A stretch of 64,000 nucleotides of DNA from Octopus sinensis (lineage: Eukaryota), in the NCBI RefSeq assembly GCF_006345805.1, contig NC_042998.1, positions 102,796,001-102,860,000 of the forward strand. The letters run 5' to 3'. Below are positions 1 to 11,944 of this stretch, piece after piece. Position 1 is the stretch's first letter, and each line of letters begins with the position of its first letter. The notes below the pieces were generated by a model, which had not been told where the DNA came from, made no database searches, and worked only from the letters and a program-made list of their open reading frames with translations. The position numbers and the translations under genes are program-made.

Positions 1-2289
1 CCTACTTAAATCCCAAATCCAATGAGACAGCAAAATCCGAAATCTACAGACCTATAACTTGTCTCCCAACAATGTATAAAACATTCACTGCAGTTATATC
101 ACAAAGATTAAACAAGCACCTGGACGAAAACAACCTGTTTCCAGAAGAGCAGAAATGATGCCGCAAAGGCTCATATGGCTGTAAAGATAACTAATGATTA
201 ATAAAGCCATAACTGAAGACAGCCACAGAAAGAAGAAAGGCCTCAGTATGGCATGGATCGACTACAGAATGCCATTTGATAGTATCCCCCGCACATGGAT
301 CATCGAAACACTAGCCATTAACAAAGTAGCACCAACAATTATAAAATACATAGGACACTCTATGAATAAATGGCAAACAGTGCTACAGCTCCAAACAAAA
401 GAGGGACTCGTGAAAACCAAATCCATCCCAATTAGAAGAGAATATTCCAGGGAGACACGCTCTCTCCACTCCTTTTCTGCTTGGCACTGTTACCTCTGTC
501 TGACATGCTAAATAGAACTGGATGCGGATTTAAATGTTACGGCAAAACGATCAGCCACCTTTTATATATGGATGACCTCAAAATATACGCTACAAATGAC
601 AAACAGCTGTAAACACTACTAAAGACAGTTCATGGATTCACCAAAGAAATAGATATGAAATTTGGATTAGAAAAATGCACCAAAGTAACCCTGAAAAGAG
701 GAAAACTAGTTAAGAGTAGCAACATCACACTAGATAAATCCAATGAAATAAGAAAATTATACCAAAGCCAAACTTACAAATATTTAGGAATCCATGAACT
801 AGATAAGACACAACACACACAAATGAAAGAGAAAATTAAGAAAGAATACTATAGACGAGATAGATCAATACTAAAAACAGTGCTTAATGCTAAAAACAAG
901 ATAATAGGTATTAACACTTTAGCCGTCCCAGTTATAAGCTACAGCTACAATATCCTTAACTGGACGCTAAATGAACTAACCAAAATAGATAGGAAATCAA
1001 GAAAAATAATGACAGGATCTAGGATGCATTACCCAAAATCTGACATAGAAAGGCTATATATACAACGTATAGTAGGTTGTAGAGGCCTTATACAGCTGGA
1101 AAACTACTATAAAATAACCACCATAGGACTGCAAAAATATCTACTTCAGAAGCAAGTAAAACTGATTCAAATAGCGGCAAAACACACGCAAAACAAAAAA
1201 CTGTTCTTAGTATTTTAGGAAGATGAAAAATACAAAACAAAAAACATAATACCCAACAAATATGAAGGAGAAAAAGAAGAAGAAGAAGAAGAAGAACAAC
1301 AACAACAACAACAACAACAACAAGAACAGGAACAAGAACAAGAACAAGAACAAGAAGAAGAAGAAGAAGAAGAAGAAGACAACAAAAGGCTATAAAGCAA
1401 TTGAAATCAAAACTAAAACTAGAATACCAACGGACCATGATAAAACGATGGCAAGAAAAGCCCCTTCATTGCAAGTACTGGACTAAATAAAATGGAAAAG
1501 AAATAGACAAAGAAAAATCCCAGCAGTGGTTGAGAAGCTCAGAACTCAAAGCAGAAACAGAGGGATTTTTAATTGCAGCACGAGACCAAAGCCTCCCCAC
1601 CAGGAATTACCAAAACATGTAATGCAAAGAAATATAACAAGTAACTGCAGAATATGGACAAGAAACAATAAATCATATTATCTCTGGCTGCCCAGTCCTG
1701 GCTAAGAAGGGATATATTCACAGACACGCCAGAGTTAGGACATACATAGACTGGAAGCTATGCCAACATTATGGAATAACAACAGATAAAAGATGGTATA
1801 GGCATACAGCAGAAAAGGTCACAGAAAACGAGAAAGCAGCCATACCCTGGGATATGCCAATACACACAGATAGAGAAATTAAGGCCAACAGACCAGATAT
1901 AGTTGCTAGAGATCATGAAGAAAATAAATGCTTTCTAATTGATATATCAATACCAGCAGATGACTACGTGTCTCTAAAAAGAATGGAGAAATTTTCAAAA
2001 TACAAAGACCTGGAAATAGAGGTAACTAGAATGTGGAATCTAAAAACAGAAACAATTCCTATCAAAGTAGGTGCATTAGGCATGATAAAAAAATTTCAGA
2101 CAAATACATAACAAAAACACCAGGACTTACAAACACATATAACATACAGAAATTTGCACTACTAGGCACTGCACACATCCTACGCAGGACACTTTCAATG
2201 CAGTAACCATCAGAGCATCACAGCACATACCCAAGGCACACAGATCTGCGCTCGGTAGGGAAGTGAAAGCAAGTTATAAAATAAAACTA

Positions 2290-2294
<5 letters not shown>
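1..2294 (+). mobile_element. Degenerate R4/Dong-like (RLE-type) non-LTR retrotransposon, copy 1; 5' end lies outside the window
   Basis: Frameshifted RT fragments (AWIDY..FDSIP; YMDD at ~565-577; MKFGLEKC), GLKAETEGF-like motif, CCHC-like region, RPDIV...LIDISIP...KYKDLEIE RLE motif (ORF 1854-2111), 3' UTR running into (TAA)n. Confidence 0.9.

Positions 2295-2360
<66 letters not shown>
2295..2360 (+). repeat. (TAA)n tail/target tract between copies 1 and 2
   Basis: Direct reading. Confidence 0.95.
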
Positions 2361-2363
<3 letters not shown>

Positions 2364-5300
2364 CCTGATTTTACTGAGTTAAATGAAATTATTTACGCTT
2401 CTGCTAGGGCAATTGAAACCAGCCGTATGCCCCCGAAAAAACAAAGAAAACAAAACCTGGGAAGAAATCAAACCTGGAGAAGTAAAATTGAAAAAGAGAT
2501 TGAATTTATGAGAGGGGAAATATCAATATTAAATGAACTAATATGTGAAAATGATGTAAGATCCAGAACAGGAAGAAAGATGAAGAGAAAATTTGGATCC
2601 TCACCAAGAGAAGAACTGATATCAATAAAAGAAACGCTGAAACAAAAAGTCCAAGCAAAAGCCCAAAGAATACGAAGATTTGAGAAGAGAAACAAGTTTT
2701 ACAAGCAAAATAAGCTGTTCACATCCAATGCCAAAAAATTCTACAGAGAAATAGGGAAGGAGAAAGTAACCGTTAAAGACCCCCCTCCCATGGAAGAAGT
2801 TCAAAACTTTTGGGAAAAGATTTGGAGTGACAAGAAGACGTACAACATAAATGCAGACTGGATTATACAAACTGAAGGATCCTACCAAAATTTACAACAA
2901 CAAGCATGGGAAGACATCACAATAGCAGACCTAAGAAAGGCACTCACGAAGGCCCATAATTGGAAATCCCCCGGTAAAGATAGAGTGCCGAATTTCTGGC
3001 TCGCATCGCTTCCGTGCGCACACGGTAAGCTAGTTCAGCTGCTCAATGGAATTTTGAGAGACCCAAAGAAAACACCTGAATGGTTAGCAAGTGGCATTAC
3101 TTACCTACTCCCAAAGAATAACGAAACCAACCTTCCAAAACACTATCGGCCTATAACCTGTCTATCCACCACGTATAAAATCCTAACATCTATCCTGGCG
3201 GAGAAAACATATGCATTCATGGAGAAGAACGATATTTTCCCCATTGAACAAAAAGGGTGCCGCCGAGGCTCTTACGGATGCAAAGATCAACTGCTAATCA
3301 ATCGTATGATCCTTGAGAACTGTCACAACAAGCGCAGAAATCTCAGCACCGCATGGATTGACTATAAAAAGGCCTTCGACAGTATACCGCATCCATGGAT
3401 CTTGAGATCGCTGGACATCTTTAAAATTTCCCCTGTGATTTCAAACTTCCTGAAGCACAATATGTCGTTGTGGAATACGAATCTCCAATTATACCACTCT
3501 AATGGAGTACTTGCCTCAGAAAATATAAACATCAACTGTGGAATTTTTCAAGGTGACTCACTTTCACCTTTAATATTCTGCATAGCTCTAATACCCCTTA
3601 CAAGTGAATTAAACAGAACAGGGTATGGGTATAAAATTGCCAATAAAAAAATAAGCCATCTATTTTATATGGATGACTTAAAACTTTATGGTAAAGACAA
3701 TAATGAACTTGAAGGCCTATTGCGCACCGTGAAAGCATTCAGCGGTGACATCGGGATGGAGTTTGGACTTGAGAAGTGTGCCAAGGCCACTTTCCAGAAA
3801 GGGAAAGTGAAGACCACAAATTCAGTCGTGTTAGATGTTGACACAGTCATAGGAGAGCTTGAGCAAGAACAGACATACAAATATTTAGGGATAAATGAAG
3901 GCTCTGGTATTCAGCATGCAAGCATGAAAGAGAAATCAGGAAGGAATGTTATAGGAGAGTTCGTGCAGTCCTGAAATCTGAACTAAATGCACGTAACAAG
4001 GTGTTAGCTATAAATTCCTTAGCAGTTCCAGTTGTTACTTATAGCTACAATGTGTTGAACTGGAATATGAGTGAAGTAAAGAATATAGATAGAAAAATAC
4101 GCAAGCTGCTGAGTTGTAATAGGATGCACCACCCAAAGGCAGACGTAGATCGCCTTTACCTTCCCAGAGCCCAAGGAGGTCGAGGCCTGATCCAATTTGA
4201 ACTAGCTTACAAAACAACCACAATTGGACTGGCCAAATATCTCGAAATATCGAATGACTGGATGCTAAAGCTCGTGGAAAATCACGAGAGACGAAAGAAG
4301 CTTCATTCTATCATCAAGGAAAGCAAAAAATTTGCTATTGATCTCGTGCAGGATACCCAAACTGAACAACCCGAGGGAAGTACGGCAACTATTGTTGCAA
4401 AGAAGGTGAAAATGATGGCAATGAAAAAAGCGCACGAGCAATTGGCTGATAGGTGGGAGGAGAAACCTCTGCACGGCAAATATGTGACCCGCAGGAAACA
4501 AGCTGATGTTGACCAGAAGCAAACCCATCAGTGGCTGCGGAGCTCAGGGCTAAAAGCAGAGAGCGAAGGTTTCATCCTGGCTGCTCAAGACCAAAGCCTA
4601 TTAACCCGGAACTACCAGGCCAATGTGATGAAAAATGGAGCAGACCCAAAATGCCGATTCTGCAACGACATGATTGAAACAGTGGACCACCTAATCTCTG
4701 GATGTAAAGTCTTAGCACCAGTGGAGTATAAATTAAGACATGACAGAGTTGGCCAATATCTCCACTGGCTAATAAGTCGGCATTACAATATCAAAACTGC
4801 CGACAAGTGGTATAATCACCACCCTGAGGCTGTAACTGAAGGAGAAAATGTAACCATTCTGTGGGACTTTCCAGTACATACAGACCGAACCATCAAGGCC
4901 AATAAACCAGATATTGTTGTGAAAGACCAAAACAATAAAGTTTGCTTATTGATCGACATGAGCATCCCCTGTGATCATAATATCTCAGCGAAAGAGTTTG
5001 ACAAGCTCAGAAAATATAAAGACCTACTCATTGAAATTGAGAAAATGTGGCATCTCAAGGCGGTTACAATACCAGTGATCGTAGGAGCACTAGGAATGAT
5101 CAAGAAGGGAACCGAAAATTATATGAGAATGATCTCTGGCTTACCTTCCCTGCAAGTAGTGCAAAAGATTGTCTTAACTGGTACATCACACGTATTGAGA
5201 ATAGCATTGTCGATGTGAGAACTGTTGCTGCTCATGTATTTTAATTTAACTTTAAAAAAAATTTTTTTTTTAAATGAACGAACTACTGAGTTTGGTTTAA

Positions 5301-5391
5301 TGGCCTACCAATATACACTATGAGTTTCTTTGCCCTAGGAGTCGGGAAGACACTCGGAAAGAAATGGAAGAAAATTTGAAAGAAGAAAAAA
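2361..5391 (+). mobile_element. R4/Dong-like non-LTR retrotransposon, copy 2; 5'-truncated, nearly intact RT-ZnK-RLE ORF
   Basis: ORFs 2427-3974 and 4001-5218 join across a single 1-nt shift at ~3933-3935. RT motifs (WKSPG.D, RPITCL, EQKGC, GIFQGDSLSP, YMDD), CRFC..ETVDHLISGC zinc knuckle, RHD, PDIVV..LIDMSIP..KY RLE; 3' UTR ends in (TAA)n. Confidence 0.95.
2364..5218 (+). pseudogene. RT + CCHC + restriction-like endonuclease polyprotein of copy 2 (one frameshift, N-terminus missing)
   Basis: Frame is open upstream of the 2427 ATG back to the (TAA)n junction (PDFTELNEIIYASARAIE). Restoring one A in GAGAAA(A)TC gives MKEKIRKECYRRVRAVLKSELNARNKVLAINSLAVP. Confidence 0.85.
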
Positions 5392-5392
5392 A

Positions 5393-5481
<89 letters not shown>

Positions 5482-5492
5482 TAATAATAATA
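5392..5492 (+). repeat. (TAA)n tract between copies 2 and 3
   Basis: Direct reading. Confidence 0.95.
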
Positions 5493-7321
5493 AAGGCTTT
5501 TGATAGCCTACTACATAGCTGGATTAGGAAATGCCTGGAAATGTATAAGATAGCACCTACTCTGCGAAACTTCTTGACTGTAAGTATGAGATCATGGAGA
5601 ACCACACTAACTCTGAACAGTGACAATGAATCCCTAAATGCTGGTGATGTAAAAATTTCGTGTGGCATTTTCCAGGGTGACTCACTGTCACCACTCCTCT
5701 TTTGTTTATCCTTAATACCTCTCTCAAAGCTGCTCAATGACGCGCAGTACCGGTATAAAATGTTTGATAAAAATATAAATCATCTCGTTTACATGGATGA
5801 TTTAAAGCTTTTTACAAAAAATGACGAACAACTCAAGGGCTTACTAGCGATAGTCAAACAATTCAGTGACGACATCAGAATGCAATTCGGCCTCGATAAA
5901 TGTGCATTAGCCATACCAGTCGTGACTTACAGTTTCAATATTGTTAACTGGTCAATTACTGAAATATGTCAGTTCGACAGAAAAATAAGGAAACTGTTGA
6001 CAATGTATAGAATGCACCACCCTAAGGCAGATACAGAACGACTCTATCTGCCAAGAAAAGAGGGAGGCCGTGGTCTTTTGCAACTGGCAATAACAATGAA
6101 GATTGCTACAATTGGCCTAGACACCTACCTGAAAAACTCTGAGGACTGGATGTTAAAACTTGTCTCAAAACATGAAAACAAGAAAGCATCATACTCAGTC
6201 ACAAAACAGGCAAAGGAATATCTAAGTGAATTCCGAATACAACCAATTTCGGAATTAGAGATAGATATACAAGAAACAAGCACAGAAAAAGCTAGGCGCA
6301 TGAAAACCCGTGCCAAAACTGCGGCCTTAGATATTCTGAATAATAAATGGCAATAAAAACCTCTCTATGGCAAATACCCAAAGAGAGCGAATAATGCAGA
6401 TATCGACAAAGCCCTGACCCATCAATGGCTAATGGCCTCTGGCTTAAAACCTGAAACAGAGGGGTTTATCATAGCAGCTCAAGATCAATGCCTACCAACA
6501 AGAAACTACCAGGCCAACATATTAAAGAACGGCAGTAGCCCAACATGTCGTGTATGTCGACAACAAAATGAAACCATTGACCATGTTGTCTCCAAATGCA
6601 GTCTTCTAGCGCCTACAGAGTACCTCAGTAGGCATGATAGAGCTGCACAATATATTCACTGGGTAATTTGCAAAAACCTGGATTTGCCCCATGAAAAAAA
6701 AATGGTGGGAACACAATCCACCTCCTGTGCTTGAAAATGACCACATCTCACTCCTCTGGAACTTCACCATTCAAACTGACAGGAAGATAGATGCAAATAG
6801 GCCAGACATCATATTGAAAGACTTCAGACAAAGAACATGCCTCCTCATTGATATGACTGTCCCAATCGATATAAACGTATCTGTCAAGACCTACCAAAAA
6901 CTGAGCAAATATAAAGATCTTGAAATAGAAATCAGCAAAATGTGGAAGCTGAAGACTAAAACAATACCTGTTGTCATAGGTGCCCTGGGAATGATAGCGA
7001 AAGGGACTGATTGCTACCTAACTCAGATACCAGGAAACCCCAAAATGGCAGAAATTCAAAAGATAGTGCTCATGGGAACTGCTCATATCCTACGCAAAAT
7101 ACTCTCTATGTAATCCCAAGGTTTAAAACAAACTTTTTTTTATTTATTTTTTATTAAAAAAAATTTTTTTTTATGTATTAGACATTCACTAGTACAACAC
7201 CAAAAAAAAACAAACAAAAACCCAAATATATGGCACAGAACTTCTAACCTGTTGTCTCTTGAGGTCTCTGGGTGAGACTTGGAGCCAACTTGTACAGACA
7301 TAAAGCAAAAGTCAAACATAG
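5493..7321 (+). mobile_element. R4/Dong-like non-LTR retrotransposon, copy 3; 5'-truncated, internally deleted, different subfamily
   Basis: KAFDSLLHSW, GIFQGDSLSP, YMDD; LDKCA joined directly to LAIPVV (deletion); stop at 6354-6356; CRVC..ETIDHVVSKC; frameshift ~6690; RPDII..LIDMTVP..KYKDLEIE; 3' UTR then (TAA)n at 7322-7338. Confidence 0.92.
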
Positions 7322-7338
7322 AATAATAATAATAATAA

Positions 7339-7866
7339 ATGCAGTACTAGGCGTAGCTCTCATGGCTTCTGATCTTAACTGATTGAAAGTGTTTTCATGT
7401 ACATTACTTTGTCTTGGTATAAAACATTGGCTATGGCTGATATTCTGCTCATTACCACAGATTTGCTTGTTAGTTGTTTGACCTTAACCAGTTGACTATG
7501 TCCCTTAGTGGCTGACGATGTGCATCACTGATCACGAGCAGAAATAGCGTCATAGCCATGTGTTGAGAAGAATTTCGGGGGGCTGGATAATTCACCTTTG
7601 GAAGCATGGGTGTTTCATTCCACATTCTTAAACAACCCTCATTGAAGGACCTTTTGAGCAGGATGGGCTACTGAACCCGAAGAAAATTCTAACTGGGCCC
7701 ACCTGTAAGTTCATGTGCTGTTTATTTTGATATGAGGTCATCACGTCTCGCATATATCGTTGTGATGCATGTGACTGGTGTACCCTTATCAGTCATGATG
7801 GGTATACTGGGCTTCGTATACTATACCCAACGTCACTTTAATGGCATGCACTGCTCTCTCCCTCAA
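7339..7866 (+). mobile_element. Non-coding SINE-like interspersed repeat, starting at the (TAA)n tail of copy 3
   Basis: No ORF; homologous to the inverted copy at 7962-8370; ends in a trinucleotide tract. Confidence 0.7.
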
Positions 7867-7867
7867 T

Positions 7868-7879
7868 CCTACTACTACA

Positions 7880-7926
<47 letters not shown>

Positions 7927-7961
7927 CACTAGTACTACTACTACTAGTAGTAGTAGTAGTA
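7868..7961. repeat. (CTA)n/(TAG)n microsatellite between two tail-to-tail repeats
   Basis: Direct reading; strand polarity switches mid-tract. Confidence 0.9.
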
Positions 7962-8492
7962 TTGTGTGAGAGAGCAGCGCATGCCATCAAAGTGACGTTG
8001 GCGTACAATTATGCGAAGCCCAATATAGCCATCATGGCTATTCGTCTGATAAGGGTACACCAGGCACATGCATCACAAACACATTTGCGCGACATGGTGA
8101 TCGTATATCAAAATAAACATCGCATGACCTTGAAGGTGGAGCCTAGTTTGAATTTTCTCCTATTTGAGTAGCCCGTCCCACTCAAAATGTCCCTGAAAGG
8201 TTTGTTTAAGGGTGATGAACGAAACACCCATGTTTCCAGAGGAGAATTATCTAAACCCTAAAGAATTCCTCTCAACACATGGCTATTAGTCTCCCCAAAT
8301 ATGATACACGTGATCAGAGATGCACATATCGTCAGCCACCAAGGGACATGTTCAACTAGTCATGTTCAAACCACATGTTCGCGACATGGTGATCTTATAT
8401 CAAGATAGACAGTGCATAACCTTGCAGGTGGGGTCCAGTTAGTATTTTCTTCAAGTTGAGTAGATCACTCTGCTTAAAATGTCTCTGAATAA
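7962..8492 (-). mobile_element. Second, inverted copy of the 7339-7866 repeat plus a third partial copy (~8373-8492)
   Basis: Reverse-complement similarity, e.g. tgtacccttatcag / ctgataagggtaca and gctgacgat..gtgcatc / gatgcacatatcgtcagc. Confidence 0.75.
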
Positions 8493-9778
8493 GAAAATTT
8501 CTCTATTGGGTTGAGAAAGGGGAATCTGGGGGAAAATACCTAATGTTATAGGTAGGTACTTCCAAATCTTCATACAAACCACTATAGTGGAGAATTCTTT
8601 CATTATTCATAATATATAGTGGAATTCTTATGCCTTTTTCCAAACAAGATGACTTTATCTTTTAGAGAGTTCTCTTAAAATCTTCACCCTTTACTACCCT
8701 CCCATGTATTTTATGGTATATCATCCCATAATTATTCAGAGCCGCAACAACAGAAATGTTTCTGCTTCGCGCAGCAGGTAAGATTAAGTATTCTGATTGC
8801 CCACTTCTCTTAAGGCCGCTGGTCTTGTTACCACCGAAAACCCTACATCATCTAAAACGACATAGTTCTTGTCATCATTATTCGCTTCAAGATTCTCATA
8901 AACAGTGGCATGTGCCTTCCTGAGTTTAATTGTGTTTTGACAATCTATTCTTTCAGATACGAGCGTAACCCTTATTAAAGTTTAATGAAATTGGCGAAGT
9001 TTTCTATAAATAGTACTCTTCGATACTTGAATGCGGAACGTCTTGAAGACCCGATTAGAGAGCATTTTTAGAGTGCTAGTAGAATTTTGATCTACATAGG
9101 CGAGCAACTGCTCTTTAACCTCTGAAATAAGTTTAGAACACATATCACCTCCGCGTTTCGAAGGGAGTATTGCACAAATTTACAGGTATCGTTTTACAAT
9201 ACTTTTATTAGCTTGGTACATTTTTCCATGCATAAAAGCTATATTGGAAACTGTATAGCCCCCCCCCCCAATGTTTTCGCCACAACCTTCATTCTATCAT
9301 TATTGGAGAAGGCTCTCCTCCGATTTGAGGGTTGTGCCCCTGATAGAGGTATTAGATTTTCATTCGCATCGGCACGATCATCGGCATTCATAGCAGCAGG
9401 GTCATCGGCATTCATGGCAACATGTTCAAATAAAATAAAATATAAAATAAAATAAAATAAAATAAAATCTATTTTTCTTCAACCTTTTCAAATGTAAAAT
9501 ACTTTAGCTTCTATATAAGCCTGGAGTGCGTTGATTGACGATATTTCGAAGTCTTTACAAATTTAGTATTTTATTCAAAAATAACTACCTTGTATTATAC
9601 ATTGTACAAAAGTGTTTATTTAAAATTTCTCTAATTTATATTATTAACCTGCTGGAAAAAATTGTGAAATTGCGTGCAACAGTTATTAAGTTGCTTGCAA
9701 AAATTATTCGCTTGGTGGCAAATATTATTCAAATGGTTGCAAAGATTATTCAGTCGGTTGGAAAGAATATTAAGTAGG
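8493..9778 (-). mobile_element. IS630/Tc1-superfamily DNA transposon relic (transposase ~9415 to 8493; 21-bp repeat array at the end upstream of the transposase)
   Basis: Manual minus-strand translation across shifts: IVKRYL..ILPSKRGGD..SKL..EVKEQLL..VDQNSTSTL; STIYRKL; VVLDDVGF; ARSRNISVVAA; MNNERILHY; YFPPDSPFLNPIE. Confidence 0.85.
9670..9775. repeat. Five ~21-bp degenerate tandem repeats (ttgcaaa.attatt core), probably transposon subterminal repeats
   Basis: attgcgtgcaacagttattaa / gttgcttgcaaaaattattcg / cttggtggcaaatattattca / aatggttgcaaagattattca / gtcggttggaaagaatattaa. Confidence 0.75.
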
Positions 9779-10144
9779 TATAAAAGTCCTATAATTTCAC
9801 GGAGGAAGACATTTTTTAAGGAATAAAACACAAATCTTTGAAAGCAGAGCTAATATACTTATACTTTTTCCTCTTGTTTTAAGATCTTTCAACATATATC
9901 GTCTAGATTATGATCAATTTTACAAAGTACCCAAATGTTCAAATTTCATTCTTACGGTATAAATATTTAAGCTACATTCTGCAAATCAATAACTTCTGAA
10001 CGATAAGTGTTATCCTCAGTGAGGATCGTAATAATGGCCAGAATGGAGGCTATATTAACTTAAAGAAATAATGAATTATTCGGTCTATTTTTGTTTTACG
10101 CATTCTTTATTATCCCAATAAAATTTATTTCCCAGCATACTTAC

Positions 10145-10199
10145 ATTTTCTTACAACTACTTGTAAGTTCAATGAATATATTAATAATTGCTGCAGTGT
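10145..10199 (-). CDS. Candidate 55-nt host exon (unassigned)
   Basis: ttttcag acceptor and gtaagt donor on the minus strand; two frames open. No recognisable domain. Confidence 0.25.
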
Positions 10200-11670
10200 C
10201 TGAAAAGCATTATGCCAAATTACAGATTACTATTCATGTACTAGAAATATTTTCGCTTCAGTAAAGAATTTTATTTGTGTATAATTTTAAGTGGAATAAC
10301 ATATAAACACTACTCGACAAGTATAATTTCACTATAAAACATAATTCAATTTGCAATGCGGGAAATTGAAAAATTTATCACGGTTATTTCAAGTATGTAT
10401 ATAGCAGTAATCAAGATCGCCAACATAACATGGAAGTTTGGTTAGATCACACAATACTGATTTATTTACTGCAAGAGGATCTATGTTAAGGACACGTAGT
10501 GTATAAAAGCACACAAAATCATATCGTTCACAGACGAGAATTATCTGCTACGAGCACCGGGACTGCTAGCTCACGTGATTTCCTCCTGAACCGGGTTTCT
10601 CAATGACAAGTTTCTACCAGCACAATTACAGGCAGATTCTCTAGCAAAATATATAGAACTTCTATATATAGAATCTGTCTAATCAGACATTGGTGGGGCA
10701 ATTGGTTTTGGCCTATTAAAATATTATTAATAGCCACAAAGGCAGTTTGTGTGTTTTCTTGTTGATGATGTTACAGTTGTTGTAATTTGGTTCTCCATCT
10801 TTACGAAAAGTTTGTTTTAGATCCCCCAGGCATGTATTAATTGTTTCGTATTTTAAAAAGGTGACTGACTACTTGCAACACCATTTAATGAGTTAATGTA
10901 AGGTATTTCTGAAAATGAGAAAAAAAACCTTTCAACGTTACAATCAGGCTTGAAAAGTGATCATAAATTTCTCTATAGTTGCATTTATGAAATAACCCTA
11001 TTATGTTTCATACGGTAAGTAGAAATCATATGTAAGTAGAATATAATGGTTTATTTTTATCATTAATGAAGTCAGACGATGTATCCGACAAAAGCATTTA
11101 ACAACCCAAAACCGCGATGCAATTTTTTCTCGGATATTAACTCAATTCCAAATAAATATGCCATTAATATTTTAGGTAATACATAAAAGTTTCACCAACC
11201 ATATTTTCTCTACATATATTACTGGTTGGAAGTTTCGAAGGTTTGAACTTGTTATCTTTATGTTGTTAACTAATTTATCTAAGTTTCCAATTTCTCTACT
11301 TTTTAAGAAATATTTGTCTGTTTTTACAAAGTACAATGTCTGGAATTTTATAACAATTTATATAGCGGAAATGTACTTAATATCATGTAGTAGAATTTCA
11401 TAAAATTTTGTTAGTTCCATTCGGCAACAATTTAAATGCGGATAGCATAAAATAGTGATTAGATCTTTCAATGATTGCTGCATAATTTAGGTACAAAAAA
11501 TATGCTTCATTTGCGCAGAAGAGTTAGGTGCATCATTTAAAAAATAATTTCAGACGATAGTCGTATAACTTGAGCAAAAACTTTATAACGGTGGCTATAA
11601 TACCCGAGCAAAGACAGTCTAATGTTATCTACATTGTTTAAGATATTGATTAATACTTCATTTGTAATAC

Positions 11671-11810
11671 TGGTCGCTGCAACACTTGAGAGCAGCGGCC
11701 TTCTTATGATAGCTACAGCACAGAGATATTGATAATTGCATCACTTGGAGATAATAGTAGTTGCAACACTTCAGAAGAGGCTGACAGCTGCATCACTTCA
11801 GCAGATAATT
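11671..11810. repeat. Degenerate ~23-26-bp minisatellite (gatagctgcatcactt-like core)
   Basis: About five recognisable units, read by eye. Confidence 0.55.
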
Positions 11811-11944
11811 TTTAATGATATTTGTCCCCACTTGTGCAGAGACTTTCCCAAAATAATTGCGTGCAGATTTAAAACAAGTTAGCTGTTCTACTGAGAAATC
11901 TATATACTACTAAACTTCTCTTAATACTTGCTTGTCTGCCATTT

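Noticed and set aside
7510-7560. CTGACGA...GAAA..GTC hammerhead-like motif in the SINE-like repeat
   Set aside because: No helix I complementarity, and the inverted copy lacks GAAA.
8740-8780. Apparent plus-strand exon ending CAG|gtaaga (MFLLRAA)
   Set aside because: It is the antisense of the IS630-like transposase segment ARSRNISVVAA.
9670-9775. CRISPR-like array
   Set aside because: Contiguous degenerate 21-mers without unique spacers, eukaryotic context, no cas genes.
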